From Escherichia coli (lineage in GTDB: Bacteria > Pseudomonadota > Gammaproteobacteria > Enterobacterales > Enterobacteriaceae): DNA of 64,000 nt. Both the position numbers and the translations under genes were made by a program. How positions within the stretch are numbered: position 1 is the first letter of the stretch; every line of letters starts with the position of its first letter. The notes under the pieces were generated by a model. The model worked only from the letters and a program-made list of their open reading frames with translations, made no database searches and was not told the DNA's origin. Location of the stretch: NCBI RefSeq assembly GCF_003334255.1, contig NZ_QOWU01000021.1; one strand, written 5' to 3'. Below, piece by piece: positions 10,646 through 23,611 of this stretch.

Positions 10646-10674
10646 ATCTCCCGGTTTTTTCGCCGGGAGATTTT
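10646..10674 (+). terminator. rho-independent terminator after ubiI
   Basis: atctcccgg-ttttttcg-ccgggagat stem-loop followed by TTTT. Confidence 0.7.
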
Positions 10675-10690
10675 CCTCATTTGAAATAAA

Positions 10691-10887
10691 CTAATTTCAC
10701 CTCCGTTTTCGCATTATATTTTCTAATGCCATTATTTTTTGATTTAGTGTTTTTTGACATTTTTTTAGCTCTTAATATTGTCTTATTCAAATTGACTTTC
10801 TCATCACATCATCTTTGTATAGAAACTGGTGTATTTTTTGGTTTTTTATTCTGTCGCGATTTTTGCATTTTTTAACCATAAGCTAAT
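10691..10887 (+). promoter_or_regulatory. gcvTHP control region: AT-rich leader with three CTAAT motifs (GcvA-type sites) upstream of gcvT
   Basis: ctaat at 10691-10695, 10723-10727 and 10883-10887; spacing resembles the known upstream (two adjacent) and promoter-proximal GcvA sites; exact promoter not resolved. Confidence 0.35.
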
Positions 10888-11050
10888 GTGATGATCAATT
10901 TTACCTTATGGTTAACAGTCTGTTTCGGTGGTAAGTTCAGGCAAAAGAGAACGATTGCGTTGGGGACCGGGAGTGGCTCCGATGCTGGGTTTCGTGGTGA
11001 TAATTTCACCATGAAAAAGTTGTCAGCCCCGCTTATTCAATGAGGACAAG

Positions 11051-12145
11051 ATGGCACAACAGACTCCTTTGTACGAACAACACACGCTTTGCGGCGCTCG
11101 CATGGTGGATTTCCACGGCTGGATGATGCCGCTGCATTACGGTTCGCAAATCGACGAACATCATGCGGTACGTACCGATGCCGGAATGTTTGATGTGTCA
11201 CATATGACCATCGTCGATCTTCGCGGCAGCCGCACCCGGGAGTTTCTGCGTTATCTGCTGGCGAACGATGTGGCGAAGCTCACCAAAAGCGGCAAAGCCC
11301 TTTACTCGGGGATGTTGAATGCCTCTGGCGGTGTGATAGATGACCTCATCGTCTACTACTTTACTGAAGATTTCTTCCGCCTCGTTGTTAACTCCGCCAC
11401 CCGCGAAAAAGACCTCTCCTGGATTACCCAACACGCTGAACCTTTCGGCATCGAAATTACCGTTCGTGATGACCTTTCCATGATTGCCGTGCAAGGGCCG
11501 AATGCGCAGGCAAAAGCTGCCACACTGTTTAATGACGCCCAGCGTCAGGCGGTGGAAGGGATGAAACCGTTCTTTGGCGTGCAGGCGGGCGATCTGTTTA
11601 TTGCCACCACTGGTTATACCGGTGAAGCGGGCTATGAAATTGCGCTGCCCAATGAAAAAGCGGCCGATTTCTGGCGTGCGCTGGTGGAAGCGGGTGTTAA
11701 GCCATGTGGCTTGGGCGCGCGTGACACGCTGCGTCTGGAAGCGGGCATGAATCTTTATGGTCAGGAGATGGACGAAACCATCTCTCCTTTAGCCGCCAAC
11801 ATGGGCTGGACCATCGCCTGGGAACCGGCAGATCGTGACTTTATCGGTCGTGAAGCCCTGGAAGTGCAGCGTGAGCATGGTACAGAAAAACTGGTTGGTC
11901 TGGTGATGACCGAAAAAGGCGTGCTGCGTAATGAACTGCCGGTACGCTTTACCGATGCGCAGGGCAACCAGCATGAAGGCATTATCACCAGCGGTACTTT
12001 CTCCCCGACGCTGGGTTACAGCATTGCGCTGGCGCGCGTGCCGGAAGGTATTGGCGAAACGGCGATTGTGCAAATTCGCAACCGTGAAATGCCGGTTAAA
12101 GTGACAAAACCTGTTTTTGTGCGTAACGGCAAAGCCGTCGCGTGA
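11051..12145 (+). CDS. gcvT: glycine cleavage system aminomethyltransferase (T protein)
   Basis: 364-aa [55 protein letters not shown]... Confidence 0.97.
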
Positions 12146-12168
12146 TTTACTTTTTTGGAGATTGATTG

Positions 12169-12558
12169 ATGAGCAACGTACCAGCAGAACTGAAATACAG
12201 CAAAGAACACGAATGGCTGCGTAAAGAAGCCGACGGCACTTACACCGTTGGTATTACCGAACATGCTCAGGAGCTGTTAGGCGATATGGTGTTTGTTGAC
12301 CTGCCGGAAGTGGGCGCAACGGTTAGCGCGGGCGATGACTGCGCGGTTGCCGAATCGGTAAAAGCGGCGTCAGACATTTATGCGCCAGTAAGCGGTGAAA
12401 TCGTGGCGGTAAACGACGCACTGAGCGATTCCCCGGAACTGGTGAACAGCGAACCGTATGCAGGCGGCTGGATCTTTAAAATCAAAGCCAGCGATGAAAG
12501 CGAACTGGAATCACTGCTGGATGCGACCGCATACGAAGCATTGTTAGAAGACGAGTAA
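12169..12558 (+). CDS. gcvH: glycine cleavage system H protein (lipoyl carrier)
   Basis: ORF 12166..12558 trimmed to ATG 12169 (129 aa); [34 protein letters not shown]...; lipoyl-lysine motif region. Confidence 0.97.
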
Positions 12559-12578
12559 CGGCTTTATTCCTCTTCTGC

Positions 12579-12626
12579 GGGAGAGGATCAGGGTGAGGAA
12601 AATTTATGCCTCACCCTCACTCTCTT
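12579..12626. repeat. GC-rich imperfect palindrome between gcvH and gcvP (gggagagg..gggtgagg / cctcaccc..ctctct)
   Basis: left arm 12579-12598, loop aaaatttatg, right arm 12609-12626; shares the gggtgagg/cctcaccc core with the element downstream of gcvP. Confidence 0.6.
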
Positions 12627-12676
12627 CGTAAGGAGAGAGGTTCACAATTCACTGCACGTTTCAGGAACCATCGCTC

Positions 12677-15550
12677 ATGACACAGACGTTAAGCCAGCTT
12701 GAAAACAGCGGCGCTTTTATTGAACGCCATATCGGACCGGACGCCGCGCAACAGCAAGAAATGCTGAATGCCGTTGGTGCACAATCGTTAAACGCGCTGA
12801 CCGGCCAGATTGTGCCGAAAGATATTCAACTTGCGACACCACCGCAGGTTGGCGCACCGGCGACCGAATACGCCGCACTGGCAGAACTCAAGGCTATTGC
12901 CAGTCGCAATAAACGCTTCACGTCTTACATCGGCATGGGTTACACCGCCGTGCAGCTACCGCCGGTTATCCTGCGTAACATGCTGGAAAATCCGGGCTGG
13001 TATACCGCGTACACTCCGTATCAACCTGAAGTCTCCCAGGGCCGCCTTGAAGCACTGCTCAACTTCCAGCAGGTAACGCTGGATTTGACTGGACTGGATA
13101 TGGCCTCTGCTTCTCTTCTGGACGAGGCCACCGCTGCCGCCGAAGCAATGGCGATGGCGAAACGCGTCAGCAAACTGAAAAATGCCAACCGCTTCTTCGT
13201 GGCTTCCGATGTGCATCCGCAAACGCTGGATGTGGTCCGTACTCGTGCCGAAACCTTTGGTTTTGAAGTGATTGTCGATGACGCGCAAAAAGTGCTCGAC
13301 CATCAGGACGTCTTCGGCGTGCTGTTACAGCAGGTAGGCACTACCGGTGAAATTCACGACTACACTGCGCTTATTAGCGAACTGAAATCACGCAAAATTG
13401 TGGTCAGCGTTGCCGCCGATATTATGGTGCTGGTGCTGTTAACTGCGCCGGGTAAACAGGGCGCGGATATTGTTTTTGGTTCGGCGCAACGCTTCGGCGT
13501 GCCGATGGGCTACGGTGGCCCACACGCGGCATTCTTTGCGGCGAAAGATGAATACAAACGCTCAATGCCGGGCCGTATTATCGGTGTATCGAAAGATGCA
13601 GCTGGCAATACCGCGCTGCGCATGGCGATGCAGACTCGCGAGCAACATATCCGCCGTGAGAAAGCGAACTCCAACATTTGTACTTCCCAGGTACTGCTGG
13701 CAAACATCGCCAGCCTGTATGCCGTTTATCACGGCCCGGTTGGCCTGAAACGTATCGCTAACCGCATTCACCGTCTGACCGATATCCTGGCGGCGGGCCT
13801 GCAACAAAAAGGTCTGAAACTGCGCCATGCGCACTATTTCGACACCTTGTGTGTGGAAGTGGCCGACAAAGCGGGCGTACTGACGCGTGCCGAAGCGGCT
13901 GAAATCAACCTGCGTAGCGATATTCTGAACGCGGTTGGGATCACCCTTGATGAAACAACCACGCGTGAAAACGTAATGCAGCTTTTCAACGTGCTGCTGG
14001 GCGATAACCACGGCCTGGACATCGACACGCTGGACAAAGACGTGGCTCACGACAGCCGCTCTATCCAGCCTGCGATGCTGCGCGACGACGAAATCCTCAC
14101 CCATCCGGTGTTTAATCGCTACCACAGCGAAACCGAAATGATGCGCTATATGCACTCGCTGGAGCGTAAAGATCTGGCGCTGAATCAGGCGATGATCCCG
14201 CTGGGTTCCTGCACCATGAAACTGAACGCCGCCGCCGAGATGATCCCAATCACCTGGCCGGAATTTGCCGAACTGCACCCGTTCTGCCCGCCGGAGCAGG
14301 CCGAAGGTTATCAGCAGATGATTGCGCAGCTGGCTGACTGGCTGGTGAAACTGACCGGTTACGACGCCGTTTGTATGCAGCCGAACTCTGGCGCACAGGG
14401 CGAATACGCGGGCCTGCTGGCGATTCGTCATTATCATGAAAGCCGCAACGAAGGGCATCGCGATATCTGCCTGATCCCGGCTTCTGCGCACGGAACTAAC
14501 CCCGCTTCTGCACATATGGCAGGAATGCAGGTGGTGGTTGTGGCGTGTGATAAAAACGGCAACATCGATCTGACTGATCTGCGCGCGAAAGCGGAACAGG
14601 CGGGCGATAACCTCTCCTGTATCATGGTGACTTATCCTTCTACCCACGGCGTGTATGAAGAAACGATCCGTGAAGTGTGTGAAGTCGTGCATCAGTTCGG
14701 CGGTCAGGTTTACCTTGATGGCGCGAACATGAACGCCCAGGTTGGCATCACCTCGCCGGGCTTTATTGGTGCGGACGTTTCACACCTTAACCTACATAAA
14801 ACTTTCTGCATTCCGCACGGCGGTGGTGGTCCGGGTATGGGACCGATCGGCGTGAAAGCGCATTTGGCACCGTTTGTACCGGGTCATAGCGTGGTGCAAA
14901 TCGAAGGCATGTTAACCCGTCAGGGCGCGGTTTCTGCGGCACCGTTCGGTAGCGCCTCTATCCTGCCAATCAGCTGGATGTACATCCGCATGATGGGCGC
15001 AGAAGGGCTGAAAAAAGCAAGCCAGGTGGCAATCCTCAACGCCAACTATATTGCCAGCCGCCTGCAGGATGCCTTCCCGGTGCTGTATACCGGTCGCGAC
15101 GGTCGCGTGGCGCACGAATGTATTCTCGATATTCGCCCGCTGAAAGAAGAAACCGGCATCAGCGAGCTGGATATTGCCAAGCGCCTGATCGACTACGGTT
15201 TCCACGCGCCGACGATGTCGTTCCCGGTGGCGGGTACGCTGATGGTTGAACCGACTGAATCTGAAAGCAAAGTGGAACTGGATCGCTTTATCGACGCGAT
15301 GCTGGCTATCCGCGCAGAAATTGACCAGGTGAAAGCCGGTGTCTGGCCGCTGGAAGATAACCCGCTGGTGAACGCGCCGCACATTCAGAGCGAACTGGTC
15401 GCCGAGTGGGCGCATCCGTACAGCCGTGAAGTTGCGGTATTCCCGGCAGGTGTGGCAGACAAATACTGGCCGACAGTGAAACGTCTGGATGATGTTTACG
15501 GCGACCGTAACCTGTTCTGCTCCTGCGTACCGATTAGCGAATACCAGTAA
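12677..15550 (+). CDS. gcvP: glycine dehydrogenase (decarboxylating), P protein
   Basis: 957-aa [41 protein letters not shown]...; PLP-dependent. Confidence 0.97.
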   Translation: MTQTLSQLENSGAFIERHIGPDAAQQQEMLNAVGAQSLNALTGQIVPKDIQLATPPQVGAPATEYAALAELKAIASRNKRFTSYIGMGYTAVQLPPVILRNMLENPGWYTAYTPYQPEVSQGRLEALLNFQQVTLDLTGLDMASASLLDEATAAAEAMAMAKRVSKLKNANRFFVASDVHPQTLDVVRTRAETFGFEVIVDDAQKVLDHQDVFGVLLQQVGTTGEIHDYTALISELKSRKIVVSVAADIMVLVLLTAPGKQGADIVFGSAQRFGVPMGYGGPHAAFFAAKDEYKRSMPGRIIGVSKDAAGNTALRMAMQTREQHIRREKANSNICTSQVLLANIASLYAVYHGPVGLKRIANRIHRLTDILAAGLQQKGLKLRHAHYFDTLCVEVADKAGVLTRAEAAEINLRSDILNAVGITLDETTTRENVMQLFNVLLGDNHGLDIDTLDKDVAHDSRSIQPAMLRDDEILTHPVFNRYHSETEMMRYMHSLERKDLALNQAMIPLGSCTMKLNAAAEMIPITWPEFAELHPFCPPEQAEGYQQMIAQLADWLVKLTGYDAVCMQPNSGAQGEYAGLLAIRHYHESRNEGHRDICLIPASAHGTNPASAHMAGMQVVVVACDKNGNIDLTDLRAKAEQAGDNLSCIMVTYPSTHGVYEETIREVCEVVHQFGGQVYLDGANMNAQVGITSPGFIGADVSHLNLHKTFCIPHGGGGPGMGPIGVKAHLAPFVPGHSVVQIEGMLTRQGAVSAAPFGSASILPISWMYIRMMGAEGLKKASQVAILNANYIASRLQDAFPVLYTGRDGRVAHECILDIRPLKEETGISELDIAKRLIDYGFHAPTMSFPVAGTLMVEPTESESKVELDRFIDAMLAIRAEIDQVKAGVWPLEDNPLVNAPHIQSELVAEWAHPYSREVAVFPAGVADKYWPTVKRLDDVYGDRNLFCSCVPISEYQ

Positions 15551-15572
15551 TTCACTGATTCGACTATTTTCT

Positions 15573-15596
15573 AAAGGCGCTTCGGCGCCTTTTTAG
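15573..15596 (+). terminator. rho-independent terminator of gcvTHP operon
   Basis: aaaggcgc-ttcg-gcgccttt followed by TTTT. Confidence 0.8.
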
Positions 15597-15629
15597 TCAG
15601 ATGACAAAGTACAAAAGTGCTCAGACAGT

Positions 15630-15730
15630 CCCCTCGCCCCTTTGGGGAGAGGGTTAGGGTGAGGGGAACAGGCCGGCACTGGCGCGAATATTTACCCTCA
15701 CCCCGGCCCTCTCCCTGAAAGGGCGAGGGG
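15630..15730. repeat. ~100-bp GC-rich inverted-repeat element (arms cccctcgcccctttggggagagggttagggtgagggg / ccctcaccccggccctctccctgaaagggcgagggg)
   Basis: Two ~36-bp arms that are near reverse complements of each other, separated by ~28 bp; intergenic between gcvP and ygfF; repeat family not assigned. Confidence 0.6.
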
Positions 15731-15816
15731 GAAAAGCGTGCCAACATTGAAGATTGAGCCAGTTTGTTAGCAATCTCAAAGATACGTCAACGAATTAATT
15801 TTTCTCGGAAAAACAA

Positions 15817-16560
15817 ATGGCTATAGCACTTGTGACTGGTGGCAGTCGCGGCATCGGGCGGGCAACTGCATTACTGTTGGCGCAAGAAGGGTATACGGTG
15901 GCGGTTAATTATCAGCAAAACCTCCACGCGGCGCAGGAAGTGATGAACTTAATAACGCAAGCCGGTGGCAAAGCATTCGTGCTCCAGGCGGATATCAGCG
16001 ACGAAAACCAGGTCGTTGCGATGTTTACAGCAATCGATCAGCACGATGAACCGCTAGCAGCGCTGGTCAATAACGCCGGGATCTTGTTTACCCAGTGCAC
16101 CGTTGAAAACCTTACCGCAGAGCGAATCAACCGAGTACTTTCCACCAACGTGACGGGATATTTTCTCTGCTGCCGCGAGGCGGTAAAACGCATGGCGCTT
16201 AAAAATGGTGGCAGTGGCGGCGCTATCGTCAATGTCTCTTCGGTGGCCTCACGGTTGGGTTCGCCAGGGGAATATGTTGATTACGCGGCATCGAAAGGGG
16301 CGATTGATACGTTAACCACCGGACTATCGCTGGAAGTCGCCGCGCAGGGGATCCGCGTTAACTGCGTGCGGCCAGGGTTTATTTATACCGAAATGCACGC
16401 CAGCGGCGGCGAGCCTGGACGCGTCGATCGCGTTAAGTCGAACATCCCCATGCAGCGTGGTGGACAGGCAGAAGAGGTCGCGCAGGCCATTGTCTGGCTA
16501 CTAAGTGATAAAGCCTCTTACGTCACGGGAAGTTTTATCGATTTGGCGGGCGGGAAATAA
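15817..16560 (+). CDS. ygfF: short-chain dehydrogenase/reductase (SDR) family oxidoreductase YgfF
   Basis: 247-aa ORF MAIALVTGGSRGIGRATALLLAQEGYTVAVNY...; TGxxxGxG NAD(P)-binding motif. Confidence 0.92.
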   Translation: MAIALVTGGSRGIGRATALLLAQEGYTVAVNYQQNLHAAQEVMNLITQAGGKAFVLQADISDENQVVAMFTAIDQHDEPLAALVNNAGILFTQCTVENLTAERINRVLSTNVTGYFLCCREAVKRMALKNGGSGGAIVNVSSVASRLGSPGEYVDYAASKGAIDTLTTGLSLEVAAQGIRVNCVRPGFIYTEMHASGGEPGRVDRVKSNIPMQRGGQAEEVAQAIVWLLSDKASYVTGSFIDLAGGK

Positions 16561-16578
16561 AACAGGGAAGTTGTCTGA

Positions 16579-16604
16579 CCGGATGCAACAAGTATTGCAT
16601 CCGG
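16579..16604. terminator. bidirectional hairpin between convergent ygfF and bglA
   Basis: ccggatgcaa-caagta-ttgcatccgg perfect 10-bp stem. Confidence 0.55.
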
Positions 16605-16616
16605 TACTTCATCGAC

Positions 16617-18077
<1,461 letters not shown>

Positions 18078-18094
18078 TTACAGGAAATAGTACC

Positions 18095-18406
18095 ATGCAG
18101 CCAAACGACATCACTTTTTTTCAACGTTTCCAGGATGACATTCTGGCTGGGCGTAAAACCATCACCATCCGCGACGAGTCTGAATCGCACTTCAAAACGG
18201 GTGATGTGCTTCGTGTCGGACGTTTTGAAGATGACGGTTATTTTTGCACGATTGAAGTCACCGCAACCTCAACCGTAACGCTGGATACGCTGACTGAAAA
18301 ACATGCAGAGCAGGAAAATATGACCCTGACTGAACTGAAAAAAGTCATTGCTGACATCTATCCCGGTCAGACACAATTTTATGTGATTGAATTTAAATGT
18401 CTTTAA
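18095..18406 (+). CDS. yqfB: ASCH-domain protein YqfB (N4-acetylcytidine amidohydrolase)
   Basis: 103-aa [44 protein letters not shown]... Confidence 0.9.
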   Translation: MQPNDITFFQRFQDDILAGRKTITIRDESESHFKTGDVLRVGRFEDDGYFCTIEVTATSTVTLDTLTEKHAEQENMTLTELKKVIADIYPGQTQFYVIEFKCL

Positions 18407-18566
18407 ATTGAACTCACGCCTGTTAGTTGAAATTTCGCATTTAATTTCATGATTTTTAGGAGATTAGTCTCAAATCAGAATTTATTTTAGCTAACAGGTG
18501 TTCACTGGAACTATTCTCAGTTACGCTGGAGAGGTATACATGTGCGTGTACGTTTCTCCGGAGTAA

Positions 18567-19229
<663 letters not shown>

Positions 19230-19242
19230 TGGGTATGCCTTT

Positions 19243-19400
19243 GTAGGCCTGATAAGACGCGCCAGCGTCGCATCAGGCATCGGAGCACAACTGCCGGATT
19301 CGGCGTGAACGCCTTATCCGATCTACGGGCCTCGTCCCTGTTGTGATAAAGGCATCAAATCCCAGACATGATAAGACGCGCCAGCGTCGCATCAGGCGAT
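19243..19400. repeat. cluster of three REP (repetitive extragenic palindromic) elements between yqfA and ygfZ
   Basis: gtaggcctgataagacgcgccagcgtcgcatcaggca (19243-19279), gccggattcggcgtgaacgccttatccgatctac (19293-19326), gacatgataagacgcgccagcgtcgcatcaggcg (19366-19397). Confidence 0.85.
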
Positions 19401-19424
19401 AAATGCCTGATGCGATAAAGAGAT

Positions 19425-20405
19425 TTACTCTTCGAGCGAATACGGCAGCGGCTCGATATGCAATGTATTCGCATCGTCGCGTACGCGGAAGATGCTATCC
19501 GGTTCCATATCGTTATTCATGACGACCTGTACCACGACCTGACCATCTTCCAGTTTTACCGCAGCCAGTACCGTACCGGTACGACGCCAGTTCTCGCCCA
19601 TTTTCAGCTCTAAGTCTTCACCAGCTTCCGGCAGTCGGCTGGCGCTACCTGCCAGCAACCAGAGCGCACGTTTATTGGCACCACGGAATTTTGCTCGCGC
19701 CACCATCTCTTGTCCGGTATAACAGCCTTTCTTAAAGCTGATACCGCCCAGCGCCTGGAGATTGGTCGCCTGTGGGATAAACTGCCCGCTGTTGGCGGCA
19801 TCAATCACCGGGAAACCCGCTTCAATGTTTAATGCCAGCCACTGTTGGCTATTGTTCAGTTCCGCTTCACCGCGCAGTTTATCGGTCAGCATATTAGCAG
19901 TAGCTTCATCGGTTACGATCAGGAAACGTTCTGCCGGGTGTTCAAACCATAGCAAAGTGGTCGCGCCTTCTTTGACTACCTGTTTTTCTTTCGAAGGCAG
20001 TTCGCTAAAGAGATTTGCCAGCGCGGCGCGCGCCTGAAAACCGGCAACACCAAGCAGCACACGCTCGTCGTCTGGCGCGATGGTCACTTTAGAGAATACC
20101 GCATATTTTTTCAGTTCAGTCAGCTGCGGTTCACGCACGCTGCGCCGTTCAATCCATGCAAAGCCATCGCCGTCGCGGAACAGACGTAAATTGCTCCACA
20201 TTTTACCTTTGGCGTCGCAATGGGCGGCGAGCAGGTGCTGATCTTCTGCCATCTGGCTGACATCTGCTGTCACCTGACCCTGCATATATTTTTCGCTGTC
20301 CGCGCCAGTAATGGTGGCAAGCGCCCAGTCATCAAGCGTCATCAGCGTCAGCGGTAAACGGGCAGAAGCCGTAGGCTGACGGGGAGGAAAAGGTGTAAAA
20401 GCCAT
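19425..20405 (-). CDS. ygfZ: tRNA-modifying folate-binding protein YgfZ
   Basis: 326-aa [47 protein letters not shown]... Confidence 0.93.
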   Translation of the reverse strand: MAFTPFPPRQPTASARLPLTLMTLDDWALATITGADSEKYMQGQVTADVSQMAEDQHLLAAHCDAKGKMWSNLRLFRDGDGFAWIERRSVREPQLTELKKYAVFSKVTIAPDDERVLLGVAGFQARAALANLFSELPSKEKQVVKEGATTLLWFEHPAERFLIVTDEATANMLTDKLRGEAELNNSQQWLALNIEAGFPVIDAANSGQFIPQATNLQALGGISFKKGCYTGQEMVARAKFRGANKRALWLLAGSASRLPEAGEDLELKMGENWRRTGTVLAAVKLEDGQVVVQVVMNNDMEPDSIFRVRDDANTLHIEPLPYSLEE

Positions 20406-20635
20406 AATAGAGTCCTGAGTTGCTTAACGGCGTATTAATGACTAATGGTAAAAGAGCTATGAGGCAATGCAAGTGCTTTCACTACGCGATCTGTGCCTTC
20501 TGCGAGGCGACTTCCAAAAAAATGAAGCCATTGAATTGTTGTGAATTAATTTCGCGATCGCGATGGTGTTTACTGATATTCCCGTAAAAGAAGGCGAAAA
20601 ACACGTTACAATAGCCGGGTACTGGATTTTCGTGA

Positions 20636-21302
<667 letters not shown>

Positions 21303-21306
21303 AGAT

Positions 21307-21334
21307 GACGGCAAAGCATATGCGCTAAGCCGTC
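21307..21334. terminator. bidirectional hairpin between convergent ygfX and fldB
   Basis: gacggc-aaagcatatgcgctaa-gccgtc. Confidence 0.5.
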
Positions 21335-21341
21335 AGTGAGA

Positions 21342-21863
21342 TCAGGCGTAATGCTCTGCCATTTCGTTGAGGATTTGCTCGCACCAGCTCTGAATACGCT
21401 CGTCGCTAAGGTCATACTGGTTAGTTTCATCCAGCGCCAGACCCACGAACAGTTGCCCGTCAGCAATCACCGGTTTCGGGCTGGTAAATTCATATCCTTC
21501 CGTTGGCCAGTAGCCGACGAACTTCACGCCTTTGGTCGAGAGTTTGTCATGCAGCATACCGAGCGCATCGAGGAACCACTCGCCGTATCCCAGTTGATCG
21601 CCAAGCCCATACAGCGCAACAATTTTACCTTCAAGGTTCAGGTCGTCGAGCTGATCCCAGACGGCTTCCCAGTCTTCCTGGATTTCACCAAAATCCCAGG
21701 TCGGGATACCCAGAATGAGCACATCGTACTGCTCCATTAATTTCGGGGAGTCGTCCTTGAGGTTATGTAAGGTCACCAGTTCTGGGCCGATAATATCGCG
21801 GATTTTTTCTGCCGCCATTTCGGTGTAACAGGTGCTGGAACCGTAAAAAAGACCCATATTCAT
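21342..21863 (-). CDS. fldB: flavodoxin 2
   Basis: 173-aa [43 protein letters not shown]... Confidence 0.95.
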
Positions 21864-21974
21864 AACGTAAGCTTCTCGATTCTGCTGTGGCTTTTGCGGC
21901 TAGTGTATCAGAATCGCTTTAGTCACGGCACAATAAGGCATAATGGATCAAATGAGTGACCATAAGGGGCGCAA

Positions 21975-22871
21975 GTGAAACAGGATCTGGCACGCATCGA
22001 GCAGTTTCTTGATGCTCTGTGGCTGGAAAAAAATCTGGCTGAAAATACGTTGAACGCTTACCGTCGCGATCTGTCAATGATGGTGGAGTGGTTGCATCAC
22101 CGCGGGTTGACGCTGGCGACGGCGCAAAGTGACGATTTGCAGGCATTACTGGCAGAACGGCTGGAGGGCGGGTATAAAGCCACCAGCTCAGCGCGTTTGC
22201 TGAGTGCAGTGCGCCGATTGTTCCAGTATCTTTATCGCGAAAAGTTTCGTGAAGACGATCCCAGTGCGCATCTCGCTTCACCGAAATTGCCCCAGCGTTT
22301 GCCAAAAGATTTAAGCGAAGCGCAGGTCGAACGTTTATTACAGGCACCATTAATCGATCAGCCACTGGAGCTACGCGATAAAGCCATGCTTGAAGTGTTG
22401 TATGCTACCGGGCTGCGTGTCTCTGAACTGGTCGGACTGACAATGAGTGATATCAGCCTGCGTCAGGGCGTGGTACGGGTCATTGGTAAAGGCAACAAAG
22501 AGCGTCTGGTGCCGTTAGGTGAAGAGGCGGTTTACTGGCTGGAAACCTATCTGGAACATGGGCGTCCGTGGCTGCTGAATGGTGTGTCAATTGACGTGTT
22601 GTTTCCCAGCCAGCGTGCGCAGCAGATGACGCGACAGACCTTCTGGCACCGTATTAAACATTATGCTGTGCTGGCGGGTATCGACAGCGAAAAGCTGTCA
22701 CCGCATGTGTTGCGTCACGCTTTTGCCACTCATTTATTAAATCATGGTGCGGATTTACGCGTGGTGCAGATGCTACTGGGCCACAGCGATCTCTCCACCA
22801 CGCAAATTTATACGCATGTCGCTACCGAGCGTCTGCGGCAACTTCATCAACAGCATCACCCGCGGGCGTGA
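21975..22871 (+). CDS. xerD: site-specific tyrosine recombinase XerD (chromosome dimer resolution)
   Basis: 298-aa ORF from GTG: (M)KQDLARIEQFLDALWLEKNLAENTLNAYRRDL...; C-terminal R..HxxR..Y catalytic residues (LLGHSDLSTTQIYTH). Confidence 0.95.
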   Translation: MKQDLARIEQFLDALWLEKNLAENTLNAYRRDLSMMVEWLHHRGLTLATAQSDDLQALLAERLEGGYKATSSARLLSAVRRLFQYLYREKFREDDPSAHLASPKLPQRLPKDLSEAQVERLLQAPLIDQPLELRDKAMLEVLYATGLRVSELVGLTMSDISLRQGVVRVIGKGNKERLVPLGEEAVYWLETYLEHGRPWLLNGVSIDVLFPSQRAQQMTRQTFWHRIKHYAVLAGIDSEKLSPHVLRHAFATHLLNHGADLRVVQMLLGHSDLSTTQIYTHVATERLRQLHQQHHPRA

Positions 22872-22895
22872 TGTCTGAAAAGAACGGGAAGATTT

Positions 22896-23606
22896 ATGAA
22901 GAAAGGTTTTATGTTGTTTACTTTGTTAGCGGCGTTTTCAGGCTTTGCTCAGGCTGATGACGCGGCAATTCAACAAACGTTAGCCAAAATGGGCATCAAA
23001 AGCAGCGATATTCAGCCCGCGCCTGTAGCTGGCATGAAGACAGTTCTGACTAACAGCGGCGTGTTGTACATCACCGATGATGGTAAACATATCATTCAGG
23101 GGCCAATGTATGACGTTAGTGGCACGGCTCCGGTCAATGTCACCAATAAGATGCTGTTAAAGCAGTTGAATGCGCTTGAAAAAGAGATGATCGTTTATAA
23201 AGCGCCGCAGGAAAAACACGTCATCACCGTGTTTACTGATATTACCTGTGGTTACTGCCACAAACTGCATGAGCAAATGGCAGACTACAACGCGCTGGGG
23301 ATCACCGTGCGTTATCTTGCTTTCCCGCGCCAGGGGCTGGACAGCGATGCAGAGAAAGAAATGAAAGCTATCTGGTGTGCGAAAGATAAAAACAAAGCGT
23401 TTGATGATGTGATGGCAGGTAAAAGCGTCGCACCAGCCAGTTGCGACGTGGATATTGCCGACCATTACGCACTTGGCGTCCAGCTTGGCGTTAGCGGTAC
23501 TCCGGCAGTTGTGCTGAGCAATGGCACACTTGTTCCGGGTTACCAGCCGCCGAAAGAGATGAAAGAATTCCTCGACGAACACCAAAAAATGACCAGCGGT
23601 AAATAA
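22896..23606 (+). CDS. dsbC: periplasmic disulfide isomerase DsbC
   Basis: 236-aa ORF with signal peptide MKKGFMLFTLLAAFSGFAQA and CGYC active site. Confidence 0.95.
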   Translation: MKKGFMLFTLLAAFSGFAQADDAAIQQTLAKMGIKSSDIQPAPVAGMKTVLTNSGVLYITDDGKHIIQGPMYDVSGTAPVNVTNKMLLKQLNALEKEMIVYKAPQEKHVITVFTDITCGYCHKLHEQMADYNALGITVRYLAFPRQGLDSDAEKEMKAIWCAKDKNKAFDDVMAGKSVAPASCDVDIADHYALGVQLGVSGTPAVVLSNGTLVPGYQPPKEMKEFLDEHQKMTSGK

Positions 23607-23611
23607 TTCGC

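Noticed and set aside
13562-14692. Long antisense ORFs inside conserved genes (e.g. 13562..14692 opposite gcvP, 25497..26501 opposite prfB, 26529..27944 opposite lysS, 7238..7942 opposite pepP, 42689..43414 opposite ygfK, 52355..53011 opposite ygeY)
   Set aside because: Each lies entirely within a strongly recognisable gene on the other strand; such shadow ORFs are expected in GC-balanced coding DNA and show no independent signals.
19243-19400. Possible CRISPR array suggested by repeated palindromic units (also at 49112..49319)
   Set aside because: The units are REP-type imperfect palindromes with variable spacing, not regularly spaced identical repeats with unique spacers; no cas genes in the window.
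21975-22871. Tyrosine recombinase as evidence of a mobile element or integrated island
   Set aside because: The protein is the housekeeping XerD in its conserved xerD-dsbC-recJ context; no flanking repeats, att sites or phage/IS genes.
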